33,407 nt of DNA from an uncultured Candidatus Saccharibacteria bacterium (GCA_964362385.1 CAYIEH010000004.1:1-33407); one strand, 5' to 3'. Shown: positions 14,636 through 23,643, counted from the stretch's first letter. The notes: generated by a model from the sequence alone, not told the origin. A program made the numbers and translations.

Positions 14636-15184
14636 TTAATAAGCCGGCCTTTCAAAAGCCATCACTTTATTTAGCGGCCAAAGTCTCAGCCAGACAACGC
14701 CTATGATATCGGATTTTCCCAATGACCCCCATTGGCGGGAATCAAAACTCGCATCCCGATTGTCGCCCAAAACGAAATACTCACTATCTTTTAACGTCGC
14801 ATCCCTGTCTCCCGTTGTTTTAAGTTTTGCGGGCAAATAACGTTCGCCGACTAAAAATCCTTTCGGATTTTGATTATTAAAAACGTAAACTTCTCCGTTT
14901 TTAATCCTTACCCTTTCTCCGGGCAAACCGATTATTCTTTTGATGAAATAAGTGCTTTTGTCTCCCGGATAGCGAAAAACCACAACATCGCCCCTTTGAG
15001 GCTCCCTGAATTGATAAGAAATTTCATTGATTAAAAGATAATCGCCAGTATGAAAATTGGGTTCCATACTGGAGCCGTTAACCAAAAACGGCTGAACCAA
15101 AAAATAGCGGACTCCAACAACCACCAACACGGCAACCAAAACGATTTCCAGTATTTCCCTTAAAGTGTACAAAAATGACTTCAT
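14636..15184 (-). CDS. lepB: signal peptidase I
   Basis: NGSSMEPNF (catalytic Ser), FIKRIIGLPGE (Lys), GDNRDASFDSRQWG. Confidence 0.9.
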   Translation of the reverse strand: MKSFLYTLREILEIVLVAVLVVVGVRYFLVQPFLVNGSSMEPNFHTGDYLLINEISYQFREPQRGDVVVFRYPGDKSTYFIKRIIGLPGERVRIKNGEVYVFNNQNPKGFLVGERYLPAKLKTTGDRDATLKDSEYFVLGDNRDASFDSRQWGSLGKSDIIGVVWLRLWPLNKVMAFERPAY

Positions 15185-15217
15185 ATGATTTGAAAATTAA
15201 ACTGTTTAATTCTAATA

Positions 15218-15802
15218 TTGAAAGATATGGATGTCAAACCCAGCCGCCAAAAAGAGAAAATTGCGAGCCGATTATGTTACTTGGATAAAACGTCTGTTTT
15301 AAAAAAATGCCCGCCTTCTTTGTGGTGCGGAATCAAACCGCGCCTAAAACTAATTTTCGGCTTGGGAAATCCAGGCGAAGAATACGAAAAAACCTTTCAT
15401 AATGTCGGCGACTTATTCGTTAAATTTTTAAAGGAAAAAATTGAGGCAAAAACGCTTCGCGCCAGCGAAACCAAAACTTTTATGAATGAAATTGGAAAAG
15501 AGGTGTTGAAGATGATGAAAAAGTCAGGAATCAAGCCCGACGAAATTTTAATAGCGCACGACGACGTTGACATAGAATTAGGTTATTACAAAATTTCTTT
15601 CGGCAAAGGAGCGGCCGGACATAAGGGCGTAGAATCAATCATCAAATCATTGGGCACAAAAAATTTCTGGCGGCTGAGAATCGGAATCGGCAAAAAAATA
15701 GCCGGCAGAAAGAAGCGGGCCGGAGAGTTTGTCTTAAAAAAAATGACAAAAAACGACCTGGAAAAAATCGGAAATGTTTTTGATCAAATACTTCAGAAAT
15801 AA
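15218..15802 (+). CDS. pth: peptidyl-tRNA hydrolase
   Basis: LIFGLGNPGEEYEKTFHNVG motif. The conserved core starts about 44 codons after the TTG used by the ORF track, so the true start is probably further downstream. Confidence 0.8.
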   Translation: MKDMDVKPSRQKEKIASRLCYLDKTSVLKKCPPSLWCGIKPRLKLIFGLGNPGEEYEKTFHNVGDLFVKFLKEKIEAKTLRASETKTFMNEIGKEVLKMMKKSGIKPDEILIAHDDVDIELGYYKISFGKGAAGHKGVESIIKSLGTKNFWRLRIGIGKKIAGRKKRAGEFVLKKMTKNDLEKIGNVFDQILQK

Positions 15803-15881
15803 TCGGAAACTTGACACTGACTAAATTTTTTGTCATTATTTAAATAGTTTCTGAAAAACTTAACTAGAGGAGGTGATCTGA

Positions 15882-16520
15882 TTGATAAAAATTATCGCGC
15901 CGGACATTGATGGAATTTTATTATTCCCTAAATTTCCCAAAATTCTGGAGAAAAGCAACGCGCCTTGGCTGTCAAAAACTTTCCCCGTCTTTAAAAAATC
16001 AGCGCTGAGAGCGGTTGAATTGGCGGAATTTATAACAGGCATCAAATACAAGGTGAATCAGCCGCTGATTGATTTTTTAAATGACCTGCGGGCTGGCAAC
16101 GGTTATCCTCATATTTTTCTCCACAGCGACCGAACCGCAATGGGCGTAAAAAACGTGTGGAAAGAACTTTCGGGTTTAAATCTCGGAGAAAAAGATTGCG
16201 TCCAAATAAGGGGAAAAAAAGACGAGCGGAAAAAGAAAAATGGCATTAAAAAATTTCTGGGAACCGAAGCGGAAATTTTGATTTCGCCTTTTATAAAACC
16301 AGATAAGGCCGCCTTATACCCCTTGATGATTCTGGCAAAAGAAAAAGGAATAAACCCAGTAGAAGTTCTGGTAATTGACGACAATCACCACTTTCTGAAA
16401 AGCGCCAGAAAGCTCGGATTTAAAATCTTTCCCAATCTTTTTATCAACAACAATCAGGAGGAGGCGCCGGATATTTTTCTCCACCTCCTCAAAAATTTTA
16501 CGAAAACCCGGGCTCTATAA
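15882..16520 (+). CDS. HAD-superfamily hydrolase-like protein
   Basis: DxDG-type motif APDIDGIL at the N-terminus and VLVIDDN near the C-terminus. TTG start preceded by strong SD GGAGGTGA. Confidence 0.5.
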   Translation: MIKIIAPDIDGILLFPKFPKILEKSNAPWLSKTFPVFKKSALRAVELAEFITGIKYKVNQPLIDFLNDLRAGNGYPHIFLHSDRTAMGVKNVWKELSGLNLGEKDCVQIRGKKDERKKKNGIKKFLGTEAEILISPFIKPDKAALYPLMILAKEKGINPVEVLVIDDNHHFLKSARKLGFKIFPNLFINNNQEEAPDIFLHLLKNFTKTRAL

Positions 16521-16538
16521 GAGGGTCCGGGCCTCTTT

Positions 16539-16904
16539 TTATAAAAACCCGAAAAAATAACCTAAATAAGGCAAAAATATAACTATTCCGATTATCGCGG
16601 CGCCGATTGAAGCAACTAAAACAATCGCCGCCGTAAGATCTTTTATTACTTTCACTTTTTCATCCGGCTGGGGGTGCAAAAAGCTCATTATTCTCTCAAC
16701 GGTGGAATTGATAAGCTCCAGCGTTAAAACGGAAAAAATCGTCAAAAGCAGCGCCACTTTTTCAATGCGTGAGGTCGGGAAATAAAACATCAAAAAAAGG
16801 ACTGCCAATGCCGCCGCTATCATTATCTTAAAATTTGTTTCTTTAATCAGGGTGTCTCTTAAGCCGCACAAAGCCGCCTTAAACCCGTTTGATAATTTTT
16901 CCAT
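16539..16904 (-). CDS. dgkA: diacylglycerol/undecaprenol kinase family membrane protein
   Basis: 121 aa, three TM spans, LELINSTVE motif. Confidence 0.8.
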   Translation of the reverse strand: MEKLSNGFKAALCGLRDTLIKETNFKIMIAAALAVLFLMFYFPTSRIEKVALLLTIFSVLTLELINSTVERIMSFLHPQPDEKVKVIKDLTAAIVLVASIGAAIIGIVIFLPYLGYFFGFL

Positions 16905-16938
16905 GCTAATTTTTGAATAAGAATTAAGTCGTAAGTCG

Positions 16939-16990
16939 CTCGCCTCGCTGAATCTTTGGCCAGCCTCGCCGAGTCTAGGCGGGCGAAGCG
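16939..16990. repeat. GC-rich repeat family B copy
   Basis: CTCGCCTCGCTGAA ... TAGGCGGGCGAAGCG. Flanked by direct GTCGTAA words (16928-16934, 16996-17002). Confidence 0.6.
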
Positions 16991-17038
16991 GGTAGGTCGT
17001 AAAAATTTTCTTATCTCTTAAAACTTATATCTTATGTC

Positions 17039-17932
17039 TTACTTCTCCAGACGGCCTTCAATGAAATTTTTTATTTCGCCGTAATTCTCCTGCCCTTTCG
17101 GAGGGATTAAAATATATTCCGTTGACGTGCCGATTATGGAAAAACTGCTTTCCAAAAGTCCTGTTTGAAAATCCAAAACCACGTCGTTAAATCTTACATT
17201 ACCAAATTTTTCTATCAAAGGCAAAAGTTCCTGAAAATTAATGTTGGTCTGCATTTTTGTAATCTCGGGAGTAATTTTAAAAAGAAACGACGCTTTTTTT
17301 ATGGAATCCAAATTTTTATATTTATCAATCAGCGCCTGAATAATCTGGTGCTGATTTTTTTCTCTGAAAAAATCCCCTTCCGGCGCGAAGCGGTTTCTTA
17401 CCAGCCAGACTGTCTGTTCGCCGTCAAGATGATGTTGTCCTTTTTCCATAGTATATCCGCTGACCCGGTCAATCGCCGATGAATTAAGTTTAATATCAAT
17501 GCCTCCCAGATCATCAACGATGTCTTTCAATAAATCCAAATCAACAACAATAAACTTGTCGGTTTTTAGTCCGGTTATTTCGGGCAATTTATCCAAAAAA
17601 TCGCCTATCTTATTGCGGCTGACCACTTCGTTTAACTTGAAAGATTCGCCGCCTAAATTCACATACAAATCCCGTGGCAAAGAAATAAGATTAACGACTC
17701 CCAGTTTCGGCCGATAATCAACCAAAACAACGGCGTCAGCCAAGTCCGGCGCCTGATTCCAGCCGATAACTTTTCCTGTTTTCCCTAAAAGCAAAAAGGT
17801 TTCCGAGTTGTTTCCCGAATTGCTTCTCTCGATATTGGAAAAAACAAAAATCTTCCTTTGATAGGTAAATATGAAAAATCCCGCGATTAGAACCGTCATC
17901 AAAATAAAAATTAAGGAAAAATTTTTATTCAT
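17039..17932 (-). CDS. LytR-CpsA-Psr (LCP) family protein
   Basis: N-terminal TM, LISLPRDLYVN and DRVSGYTMEKGQHHLDG blocks typical of LCP proteins. Confidence 0.8.
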   Translation of the reverse strand: MNKNFSLIFILMTVLIAGFFIFTYQRKIFVFSNIERSNSGNNSETFLLLGKTGKVIGWNQAPDLADAVVLVDYRPKLGVVNLISLPRDLYVNLGGESFKLNEVVSRNKIGDFLDKLPEITGLKTDKFIVVDLDLLKDIVDDLGGIDIKLNSSAIDRVSGYTMEKGQHHLDGEQTVWLVRNRFAPEGDFFREKNQHQIIQALIDKYKNLDSIKKASFLFKITPEITKMQTNINFQELLPLIEKFGNVRFNDVVLDFQTGLLESSFSIIGTSTEYILIPPKGQENYGEIKNFIEGRLEK

Positions 17933-17944
17933 CCCTCACATAAC

Positions 17945-18202
17945 TTAAACGGTAAGGGTGTTGCATAATCTTTCTTTAAGCCTACGCAATCCTTGCGCGT
18001 AAAGTTTTAATGATTTTTCTCTTTGATAAGCATCTTTTTTAGAAATATATGTTTCGCAATATATTAATTTCCAGGGGGAATATTTCTTTGTATGATAAGA
18101 TTTATTTTGATTATGCTCCAAAAGACGCTTTTTTAGATTATTTGTACAACCAATATAAAAGCTTTTATTTACTCCTGATTGTAATAGATAAACGTGATAC
18201 AT
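17945..18202 (-). CDS. stand-alone GIY-YIG nuclease-domain protein
   Basis: YHVYLL ... FYIGCTNNLKKRLLEHN ... E..YISKKDAYQREKSLK, 85 aa. Confidence 0.8.
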   Translation of the reverse strand: MYHVYLLQSGVNKSFYIGCTNNLKKRLLEHNQNKSYHTKKYSPWKLIYCETYISKKDAYQREKSLKLYAQGLRRLKERLCNTLTV

Positions 18203-18217
18203 AAATATTAATTTAAG

Positions 18218-19048
18218 TTATGTGTGGGATTCATTGTTAAGAGTGTAAAAATTCTCAAAAATTTTCGCCGCTAAAATCGGACCAGTGCCGCCGGGAGTGG
18301 GAGTGTAAAAAGATAACGAATAGCCGCTATCCATTAGGGAATTAGTGTCAAAATCGCCGGAGATTTTGCCGTTTTCGTCGGTTGAATAGCCAAAATCAAT
18401 AATGCCGGCGTTGTCTTTCAGCATTTCCGGCTTTATAAGACCGGCTTTGCCCACGCCCGAAATTACCAAGTCGGCGTTTTTTAAAATTGAAAAATCACTG
18501 CCTTTGTTCAAAAGATAAATCTCGGCACACTTGCCTTTTAGCCAAACTGATATAGGCTTGCCAATCAAAAAACCAAGGCCCACGACGGCAATTCTCAAAT
18601 TTTCAATTTTCAATTTACAATTTTCAATTATTTCCTCTACCACCGCTGCCGCTGGCGGTAGCACGAGATTTCTACCGGCATAAAATGCGCCGATTGCCCT
18701 CTCGCCCAAAACATCAACGTCTTTTTCGCGCGGAATGGCGTTTAAAACATATTGAGCGTTAATACAAGACGGCATAGGCAATTGAATCAGCACTCCGCCG
18801 ACTTTTTTAAGCGAGACGATTTTGCCGATTTCTTTTCGCAATGAATCGCCGGTCGATATTTCAGGAAATCTGTAAATTCGGAAATCAATTCCCAATTCGC
18901 CGGCAACCTTTTCTTTTTGTTTTAAAAAACTTTCGTTGACAGGATCGTTTCCGACCAGAACAGCCGCGAAGATTTTCTGCGGCATTGCCTGTTTTTTTAA
19001 TTCGCCGACAATATTTTGGGCGATATTTTTCCCGTCAATAATTTGCAT
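18218..19048 (-). CDS. folD: bifunctional methylene-THF dehydrogenase/methenyl-THF cyclohydrolase
   Basis: IIDGKNIAQ N-terminus, VVGLGFLIGKP Rossmann loop, TPGGTGPI near the C-terminus. Confidence 0.9.
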   Translation of the reverse strand: MQIIDGKNIAQNIVGELKKQAMPQKIFAAVLVGNDPVNESFLKQKEKVAGELGIDFRIYRFPEISTGDSLRKEIGKIVSLKKVGGVLIQLPMPSCINAQYVLNAIPREKDVDVLGERAIGAFYAGRNLVLPPAAAVVEEIIENCKLKIENLRIAVVGLGFLIGKPISVWLKGKCAEIYLLNKGSDFSILKNADLVISGVGKAGLIKPEMLKDNAGIIDFGYSTDENGKISGDFDTNSLMDSGYSLSFYTPTPGGTGPILAAKIFENFYTLNNESHT

Positions 19049-19050
19049 AT

Positions 19051-20826
19051 TTACATTTTCTCCAGGACTTCTATGCCCAATAAATTCAGACCTGTTTTAA
19101 GAGTTTGAGAAATTGCGCCGATTAACGCCAGCCGCGCTTCTCGTTCTCCTTTTTTGGCTTTTAAGACCGGCAGTTCATGGTAAAAAGAATTGGCAACGGC
19201 GGCGAGACTAAAAAGATATTCGGCGATATTGTGCGAGTAATAAATTTCAACAGCTCTTTTGATAATATCGGGAAATTCGTCCAAATCGCGGATTAGCTTT
19301 AATTCAATTTCTTGTGTCAGATGCTTCGTAAATTTTGAATCATATTTTTTAAATCTCGCTTTGCGCAAAATGCTTTTAAGCCGCGCGTAAGCGTATAAAA
19401 GATACGGAGCGGAATTACCTTCAAAATTAAGCATCTTTTCCCATTTGAAAGTAATATCGGATTGCCGATTCTGGGAAAGATCGTTGTATTTTAAAGCGCC
19501 GATGCCGACAATTTCAGCAATTTTATTTTTTTCTTTTTCGCTCAAACTCGGCTGTTTCTTGTTGACGATTTTTTTGGCTCTTATAATTGTCTCATTAAGC
19601 AAATCCTCCAGAGAAATATGTCTGCCGGCACGCGTTGAAAGTTTTTTCATGTCTTCGGAAAGAATCAAGCCGAATTTTACATGGATTAAATTGACATTAT
19701 TGTCGTAAGAAAGCATTTTAACTGACTTAAAAAGCTGTTCAAAATGGAGCGACTGACCATTATCCACCACGTATAAAATAGTGTCGGGTTTAAATTTTTT
19801 AACTCTGTATTTTATCGCCGCGATGTCGGTGGTGGAATAAAGATACGCTTCATCGGCTTTCTGGATGATAAAAGGCGGCTTGTCTTTGTCCGTAAAAATG
19901 ACAATGGCTTTCTGGCTTTTTTTAGCCACGCCCTTTTTCAAAGCATCCCTGATTATTTCCGGCAGCATGGGAGCGTAAAAACTTTCGCCCAGATAATAAT
20001 CAAACTTTACGCCCAAGATTTTATAAATTTTTTTGAATTCTTCAAGGCTGATGCGGTAAAATTCTTTCCAGATTTTTATGTTTTCTTTGTTCCCTTCCTG
20101 GAGTTTTTTCGTTTCTTCGCGAGCCGCATCTTCAAGTTTAGGGTCGCTTTCCATGCGCGATGTATAATCCACATACAGCTTCATTAAATCTTTAATTGTT
20201 ATTTTTTTAGTCGTTGGTCGTTGGTTGTTAGTTGTTAGTTTCTCCTTGTATGCCGTGATTAAAATCCCGAACTGTTTGCCCCAGTCCCCCAAATGATTAT
20301 CCCCGACAACTTTCCATCCACTGAATCTGAAAATATTATAGAGCGCCTGGCCGATAATCGTTGACCTTAAATGCGCTACGCTCATCGGTTTGGCGATGTT
20401 AGGATGCGAATAATCAATGACGATTATTTTCTTTTTCCCGGATGACTTGCTTTGATCAGAGCCGAAAGGCTTGCCCCGAGAAACTTCTATTAGAAGTTTT
20501 TTTCGGGGACGACCCCAATTTTTTTTCGCCTTAAAAATTTCTACAAATTCTTTTTGGATGGTTTCAGTGCTCAGCCAAAAATTAATAAATCCCGGAGACT
20601 CGACACTGGTCTTATCAATAAGACCAGTGAATCCTGTTTGTTTTCCCAATTGAGATTTTATCTCATTGGCAAGTTCCATCGGATTCTTTTTCAGAATCTT
20701 TCCCAATTTCAAAGCCACATTCGTTGAATAATGCCCGAATTTGTCGTTTTGCGGCACAAAAACTTCAATTTCAATATTTTCTTTTATCGCTTTTTTGAGC
20801 TGATTTTTGATTTGTTCTCTTAACAT
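19051..20826 (-). CDS. argS: arginine--tRNA ligase
   Basis: FGHYSTNVAL, HPNIAKPMSVAHLRSTIIGQAL, C-terminal DALR-type anticodon-binding domain. Confidence 0.9.
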   Translation of the reverse strand: MLREQIKNQLKKAIKENIEIEVFVPQNDKFGHYSTNVALKLGKILKKNPMELANEIKSQLGKQTGFTGLIDKTSVESPGFINFWLSTETIQKEFVEIFKAKKNWGRPRKKLLIEVSRGKPFGSDQSKSSGKKKIIVIDYSHPNIAKPMSVAHLRSTIIGQALYNIFRFSGWKVVGDNHLGDWGKQFGILITAYKEKLTTNNQRPTTKKITIKDLMKLYVDYTSRMESDPKLEDAAREETKKLQEGNKENIKIWKEFYRISLEEFKKIYKILGVKFDYYLGESFYAPMLPEIIRDALKKGVAKKSQKAIVIFTDKDKPPFIIQKADEAYLYSTTDIAAIKYRVKKFKPDTILYVVDNGQSLHFEQLFKSVKMLSYDNNVNLIHVKFGLILSEDMKKLSTRAGRHISLEDLLNETIIRAKKIVNKKQPSLSEKEKNKIAEIVGIGALKYNDLSQNRQSDITFKWEKMLNFEGNSAPYLLYAYARLKSILRKARFKKYDSKFTKHLTQEIELKLIRDLDEFPDIIKRAVEIYYSHNIAEYLFSLAAVANSFYHELPVLKAKKGEREARLALIGAISQTLKTGLNLLGIEVLEKM

Positions 20827-20833
20827 TGTCTTT

Positions 20834-20862
20834 ATTGTAATTGATAAAAAGCCAAAATTGAA
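20834..20862 (-). promoter_or_regulatory. promoter-like TTCAAT-17-TACAAT, 7 nt before the argS ATG
   Basis: Read on the minus strand. No SD between the -10 and the ATG. Confidence 0.3.
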
Positions 20863-20909
20863 GGTGATAAAACTTTATACTTTATATCTGATACTTTATA
20901 CTTTTGATA

Positions 20910-20957
20910 TGGAAGCCATTACCAATAAACGCGCATATTTTGACTACGCCCGGTAGT
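20910..20957 (+). pseudogene. duplicated 5' fragment of smpB (MEAITNKRAYFDYAR, then two stops)
   Basis: The peptide parallels MTIITTNKRALYDY of the real smpB 180 nt downstream, with different codons. It ends in TAG TAG inside the left arm of an inverted repeat. Confidence 0.45.
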
Positions 20958-21085
20958 AGACCGAGCACTTCAACACCTATTCGCTTTCCTTATAAAAACG
21001 TTTTTAATCTAAAATGATGCTGTCATAGGAAAAATTGAATTTTAAAGGGTGTTGTGGAAAGCGTTGTGCTCGGTTCACTACCGGG
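20949..21085. repeat. 137-nt inverted-repeat-bounded (MITE-like) element between the smpB pseudo-start and real start
   Basis: Arms CCCGGTAGTAGACCGAGCAC (20949-20968) and GTGCTCGGTTCACTACCGGG (21066-21085), 18/20 complementary. Inner arms CAACACC/GGTGTTG (20971-20977 / 21048-21054). Confidence 0.65.
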
Positions 21086-21086
21086 T

Positions 21087-21536
21087 ATGAAATATATGAC
21101 AATAATAACTACAAATAAAAGAGCATTATACGATTACATTATTTTAGAAACCTACGAGGCGGGAATTGAGCTGTCCGGACAGGAAGTAAAGTCAATTAAA
21201 AACGGCAGAATAAATCTTTCTGGATCCCACGTTATTATCAAAAACAACGAAGCTCTGCTGTTTAATGCCGACATTCCGCCCTATCAGCCGAAAAACGCTC
21301 CCGAAGATTACGGTTCAAAACGCAGCCGCCGGCTTTTACTTCATAAATCGGAAATAAAAAGCCTTATCGGCAAAACGCGGGAAAAAAGCTTGACTTTAGT
21401 GCCTTTAAAAGTTTATACTAAACACCATAAAATTAAATTAGAAATCGGACTGGTAAAAAGCAGGAAAAAGGCTGACAAAAGGGATTTGATTAAAAAAAGA
21501 GAGACAAGGAGAGAAATAAAAAAAGTGATTGGGTAG
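21087..21536 (+). CDS. smpB: SsrA-binding protein SmpB
   Basis: NKRALYDYIILETYEAGIELSGQEVKSIKNGRINL, RRLLLHKSEI, basic C-terminal tail. Start taken at ATG 21087 (or 21096) rather than the GTG at 21054, which lies inside the repeat arm. Confidence 0.9.
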   Translation: MKYMTIITTNKRALYDYIILETYEAGIELSGQEVKSIKNGRINLSGSHVIIKNNEALLFNADIPPYQPKNAPEDYGSKRSRRLLLHKSEIKSLIGKTREKSLTLVPLKVYTKHHKIKLEIGLVKSRKKADKRDLIKKRETRREIKKVIG

Positions 21537-21574
21537 CCCGCCTTTTCCGCTGTTTGACCGCAAAAAATTTTCGC

Positions 21575-21926
21575 GGGAGCGCAAGTTTCGACAATGATTT
21601 GATTAAGAAAATCGCAAGCCGAGGATGATTTCTCACCTCGTTAATCAAGGAATCAAAAACATAACTGCCAACAGAAATGTTGCTCCCGCTTTAGCTTTTG
21701 CTTAAAGCGGCATCCCATGCTAATCGCTTAAGTTAGCAGTACGGGGTGTTATACATTAAGCTTGTTTGCTAAATTGCCAAAGTTTAGCAAAGACAAAATT
21801 TTGGCAAAGATTTTTGAAGATTTTGCTTAATTCTTACTTCTTAAATCTTACATCCGAATTAAGCTAAGCTTGTAGAAATTTTCTTGAGAAATCGTTGGAC
21901 GAGGGTTCAATCCCTCCGCTTCCACC
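21575..21926 (+). ncRNA. ssrA: tmRNA
   Basis: 5' GGGAGCG pairs with 3' CGCTTCC, including the G3:U wobble. UUCGAC box. GCCGAGG...CCUCGU pseudoknot-1-type pairing. Tag reading frame 21667-21705 encodes ANRNVAPALAFA-stop. T-arm GAGGGTTCAATCCCTC, then ACC. Lies immediately downstream of smpB. Confidence 0.9.
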
Positions 21927-22027
21927 CCGTTAGAAAGCAGAAAATACTGGATTAGTTTTTAAAAAACTGATATTAAGGCATAAAATATTAATATACCCAA
22001 TTAATGAATTGTCTGTTTTCTAACGAG
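21925..22027. repeat. repeat family A-like element (CCCCGTTAGAA ... TTCTAACGAGG) abutting the ssrA 3' end
   Basis: Terminal inverted repeats CCCCGTTAGAAAGCAG / CTGTTTTCTAACGAGG. TCCACC precedes the element and TCCACCA follows it. Confidence 0.55.
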
Positions 22028-22073
22028 GTCCACCAATTAACCGATAAAAATATATTTAGAATAGACCAAAAAA

Positions 22074-22607
22074 TTGTTTAAACCATTTAGACCGCAACCG
22101 GAAAAAATAAATTACAGGGTAAATCAGCAAATAACATCGCCCGAATTAAGAGTGGTTGACGATAACGGAGAAAATTTGGGTGTTATGCCGCGCGATGCGG
22201 CATTAAAATTGGCGGAAAGCAAAGAGCTGGACTTGATAGAAATCGCGCCGATGGCAAAGCCGCCGGTCGCAAAAATAATAAGTTTTGACAAATTCCGCTA
22301 TCAGAAAGAAAAAGAATTTAAAAAACAAAGGGCGGCCCAAAAAATAAGCGAATTAAAACAAATCAGAATCAGCGGCCGAGCGGCTAAAAACGACCTGGAG
22401 ACTAAAATAAAAAAGATTGAAGAATTTCTTACGGAAGGACACAAAGTGGAAATCGTCCTATTTTTAAGAGGCAGAGAAAAGGCGAATAGGGATTGGGCGC
22501 GGTATAAATTGGAAGAGTTTCTAAAAATGATGCCGTTTGAATATAAAATCCTTATGGAATCGAAATTCGGAGGAAAAGGATTAATAATGCAGATAGTCAA
22601 AAAATGA
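22074..22607 (+). CDS. infC: translation initiation factor IF-3
   Basis: INYRVNQQITSPELRVVDDNGENLGV, DLIEIAPMAKPPVAKIISFDKFRY, C-domain LFLRGRE. The start codon is uncertain, since IF-3 genes often use atypical starts. Confidence 0.85.
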   Translation: MFKPFRPQPEKINYRVNQQITSPELRVVDDNGENLGVMPRDAALKLAESKELDLIEIAPMAKPPVAKIISFDKFRYQKEKEFKKQRAAQKISELKQIRISGRAAKNDLETKIKKIEEFLTEGHKVEIVLFLRGREKANRDWARYKLEEFLKMMPFEYKILMESKFGGKGLIMQIVKK

Positions 22608-22631
22608 ATTAAGAATTAGGAATAATGAATT

Positions 22632-22802
22632 ATGAGGAAAAGTGTATCTAATCGTATTAAAATCACGAAAACAGGAAAGGTTTTAAGACGAGCAATGGGC
22701 TTGGGCCATTTTAGGGCCAAAAAAAGAAGCACCCAAGTAAAAAGACGCAAAGGCCTAAGAACAATCAAGCAGGAAGAAAAAAATATCAGAAAATATTCAT
22801 AA
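22632..22802 (+). CDS. rpmI: 50S ribosomal protein L35
   Basis: Hand-translated 56 aa: MRKSVSNRIKITKTGKVLRRAMGLGHFRAKKRSTQVKRRKGLRTIKQEEKNIRKYS. Lies between infC and rplT as expected. Below the ORF-track cutoff. Confidence 0.85.
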   Translation: MRKSVSNRIKITKTGKVLRRAMGLGHFRAKKRSTQVKRRKGLRTIKQEEKNIRKYS

Positions 22803-22805
22803 ACT

Positions 22806-23150
22806 ATGACAAGGGTAAAAAGAGGCGTAACAGCGCACAAAAAACGAGAAAAAATATTAAAATACACGAAAGGTTTTAAATGGGGAAGAAAATCAAAAGA
22901 GCGGGCCGCCAAAGAAGCCCTGCTTCACGCATGGAGCCACGCCTTCAGGGGCAGAAAAGAAAAGAAAAGAAATTATCGCGGTTTATGGCAAACGCAAATC
23001 AACGCGGCCGCCAGGAATAACAAAACGACTTACAGCAAATTAATCGCCGGCTTAAAAAAACAGGGCATTAAATTGGACAGAAAAATTTTAGCCGACATTG
23101 CAAAAAATCACCCAGTTATTTTTACAAAAATTGTTGAGAAAGTGAAGTAA
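22806..23150 (+). CDS. rplT: 50S ribosomal protein L20
   Basis: MTRVKRGVTAHKKREKILK ... RNYRGLWQTQINAAAR. Confidence 0.9.
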   Translation: MTRVKRGVTAHKKREKILKYTKGFKWGRKSKERAAKEALLHAWSHAFRGRKEKKRNYRGLWQTQINAAARNNKTTYSKLIAGLKKQGIKLDRKILADIAKNHPVIFTKIVEKVK

Positions 23151-23154
23151 ACAA

Positions 23155-23180
23155 TACCGCTATCCCATGGGATAGCGGTA
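23155..23180. terminator. perfect 26-nt palindrome between convergent rplT and the Nudix gene
   Basis: TACCGCTATCCCA/TGGGATAGCGGTA. Confidence 0.5.
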
Positions 23181-23187
23181 AGGAATT

Positions 23188-23643
23188 TTATTGACCGCTT
23201 TTAATACTTTGTCGGCGAAGAGCGTCATAAGCTTGTTTTAAAACTCTTTGGCTGTCCTTATATTTGCTTAAAATTTTCATTGCCTCGCGATATGTAAACC
23301 AGCCATAGCCATCGTGTTCTTTGGAAAGTTTAATTGCTGCTTGCTTTGTTTCGGCCAGATAGAAAATAACGATTTTGAAAATTCTGGCATTTTTATTGCC
23401 CACTCGCCGCCAAAAGGAAAATTTTTCATATGCCTTGAAATATTGACTGAACCGCAAATCGTCCTTTGTTAATCCCGTTTCTTCTTTAATTTCCCGCAAA
23501 GCGGTTTGAAAACTTTTTTCCTCGCTTTCAATCTTGCCCTTGGCAAAATTCCAGTAATTATGCCCGTGATAAAGCAATAAAAATTTCGGCCCCTCTGGGG
23601 TTTTTCTGTAAATTATTATTCCCGCTGAAATCTCGCGCGGCAT
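23188..23643 (-). CDS. NUDIX hydrolase
   Basis: Nudix box GKIESEEKSFQTALREIKEETGL. Start set at MPREISAGIIIY (23643), because the ORF-track extension runs through a terminator hairpin and a repeat array. Confidence 0.8.
   Translation of the reverse strand: MPREISAGIIIYRKTPEGPKFLLLYHGHNYWNFAKGKIESEEKSFQTALREIKEETGLTKDDLRFSQYFKAYEKFSFWRRVGNKNARIFKIVIFYLAETKQAAIKLSKEHDGYGWFTYREAMKILSKYKDSQRVLKQAYDALRRQSIKSGQ

Noticed and set aside
20910-21136. Programmed translational bypass (gene-60-like hop from the first ...DY codons to the second) in smpB
   Set aside because: The gap is about 180 nt, far beyond known bypassing. An independent ATG immediately after the repeat gives a complete SmpB.
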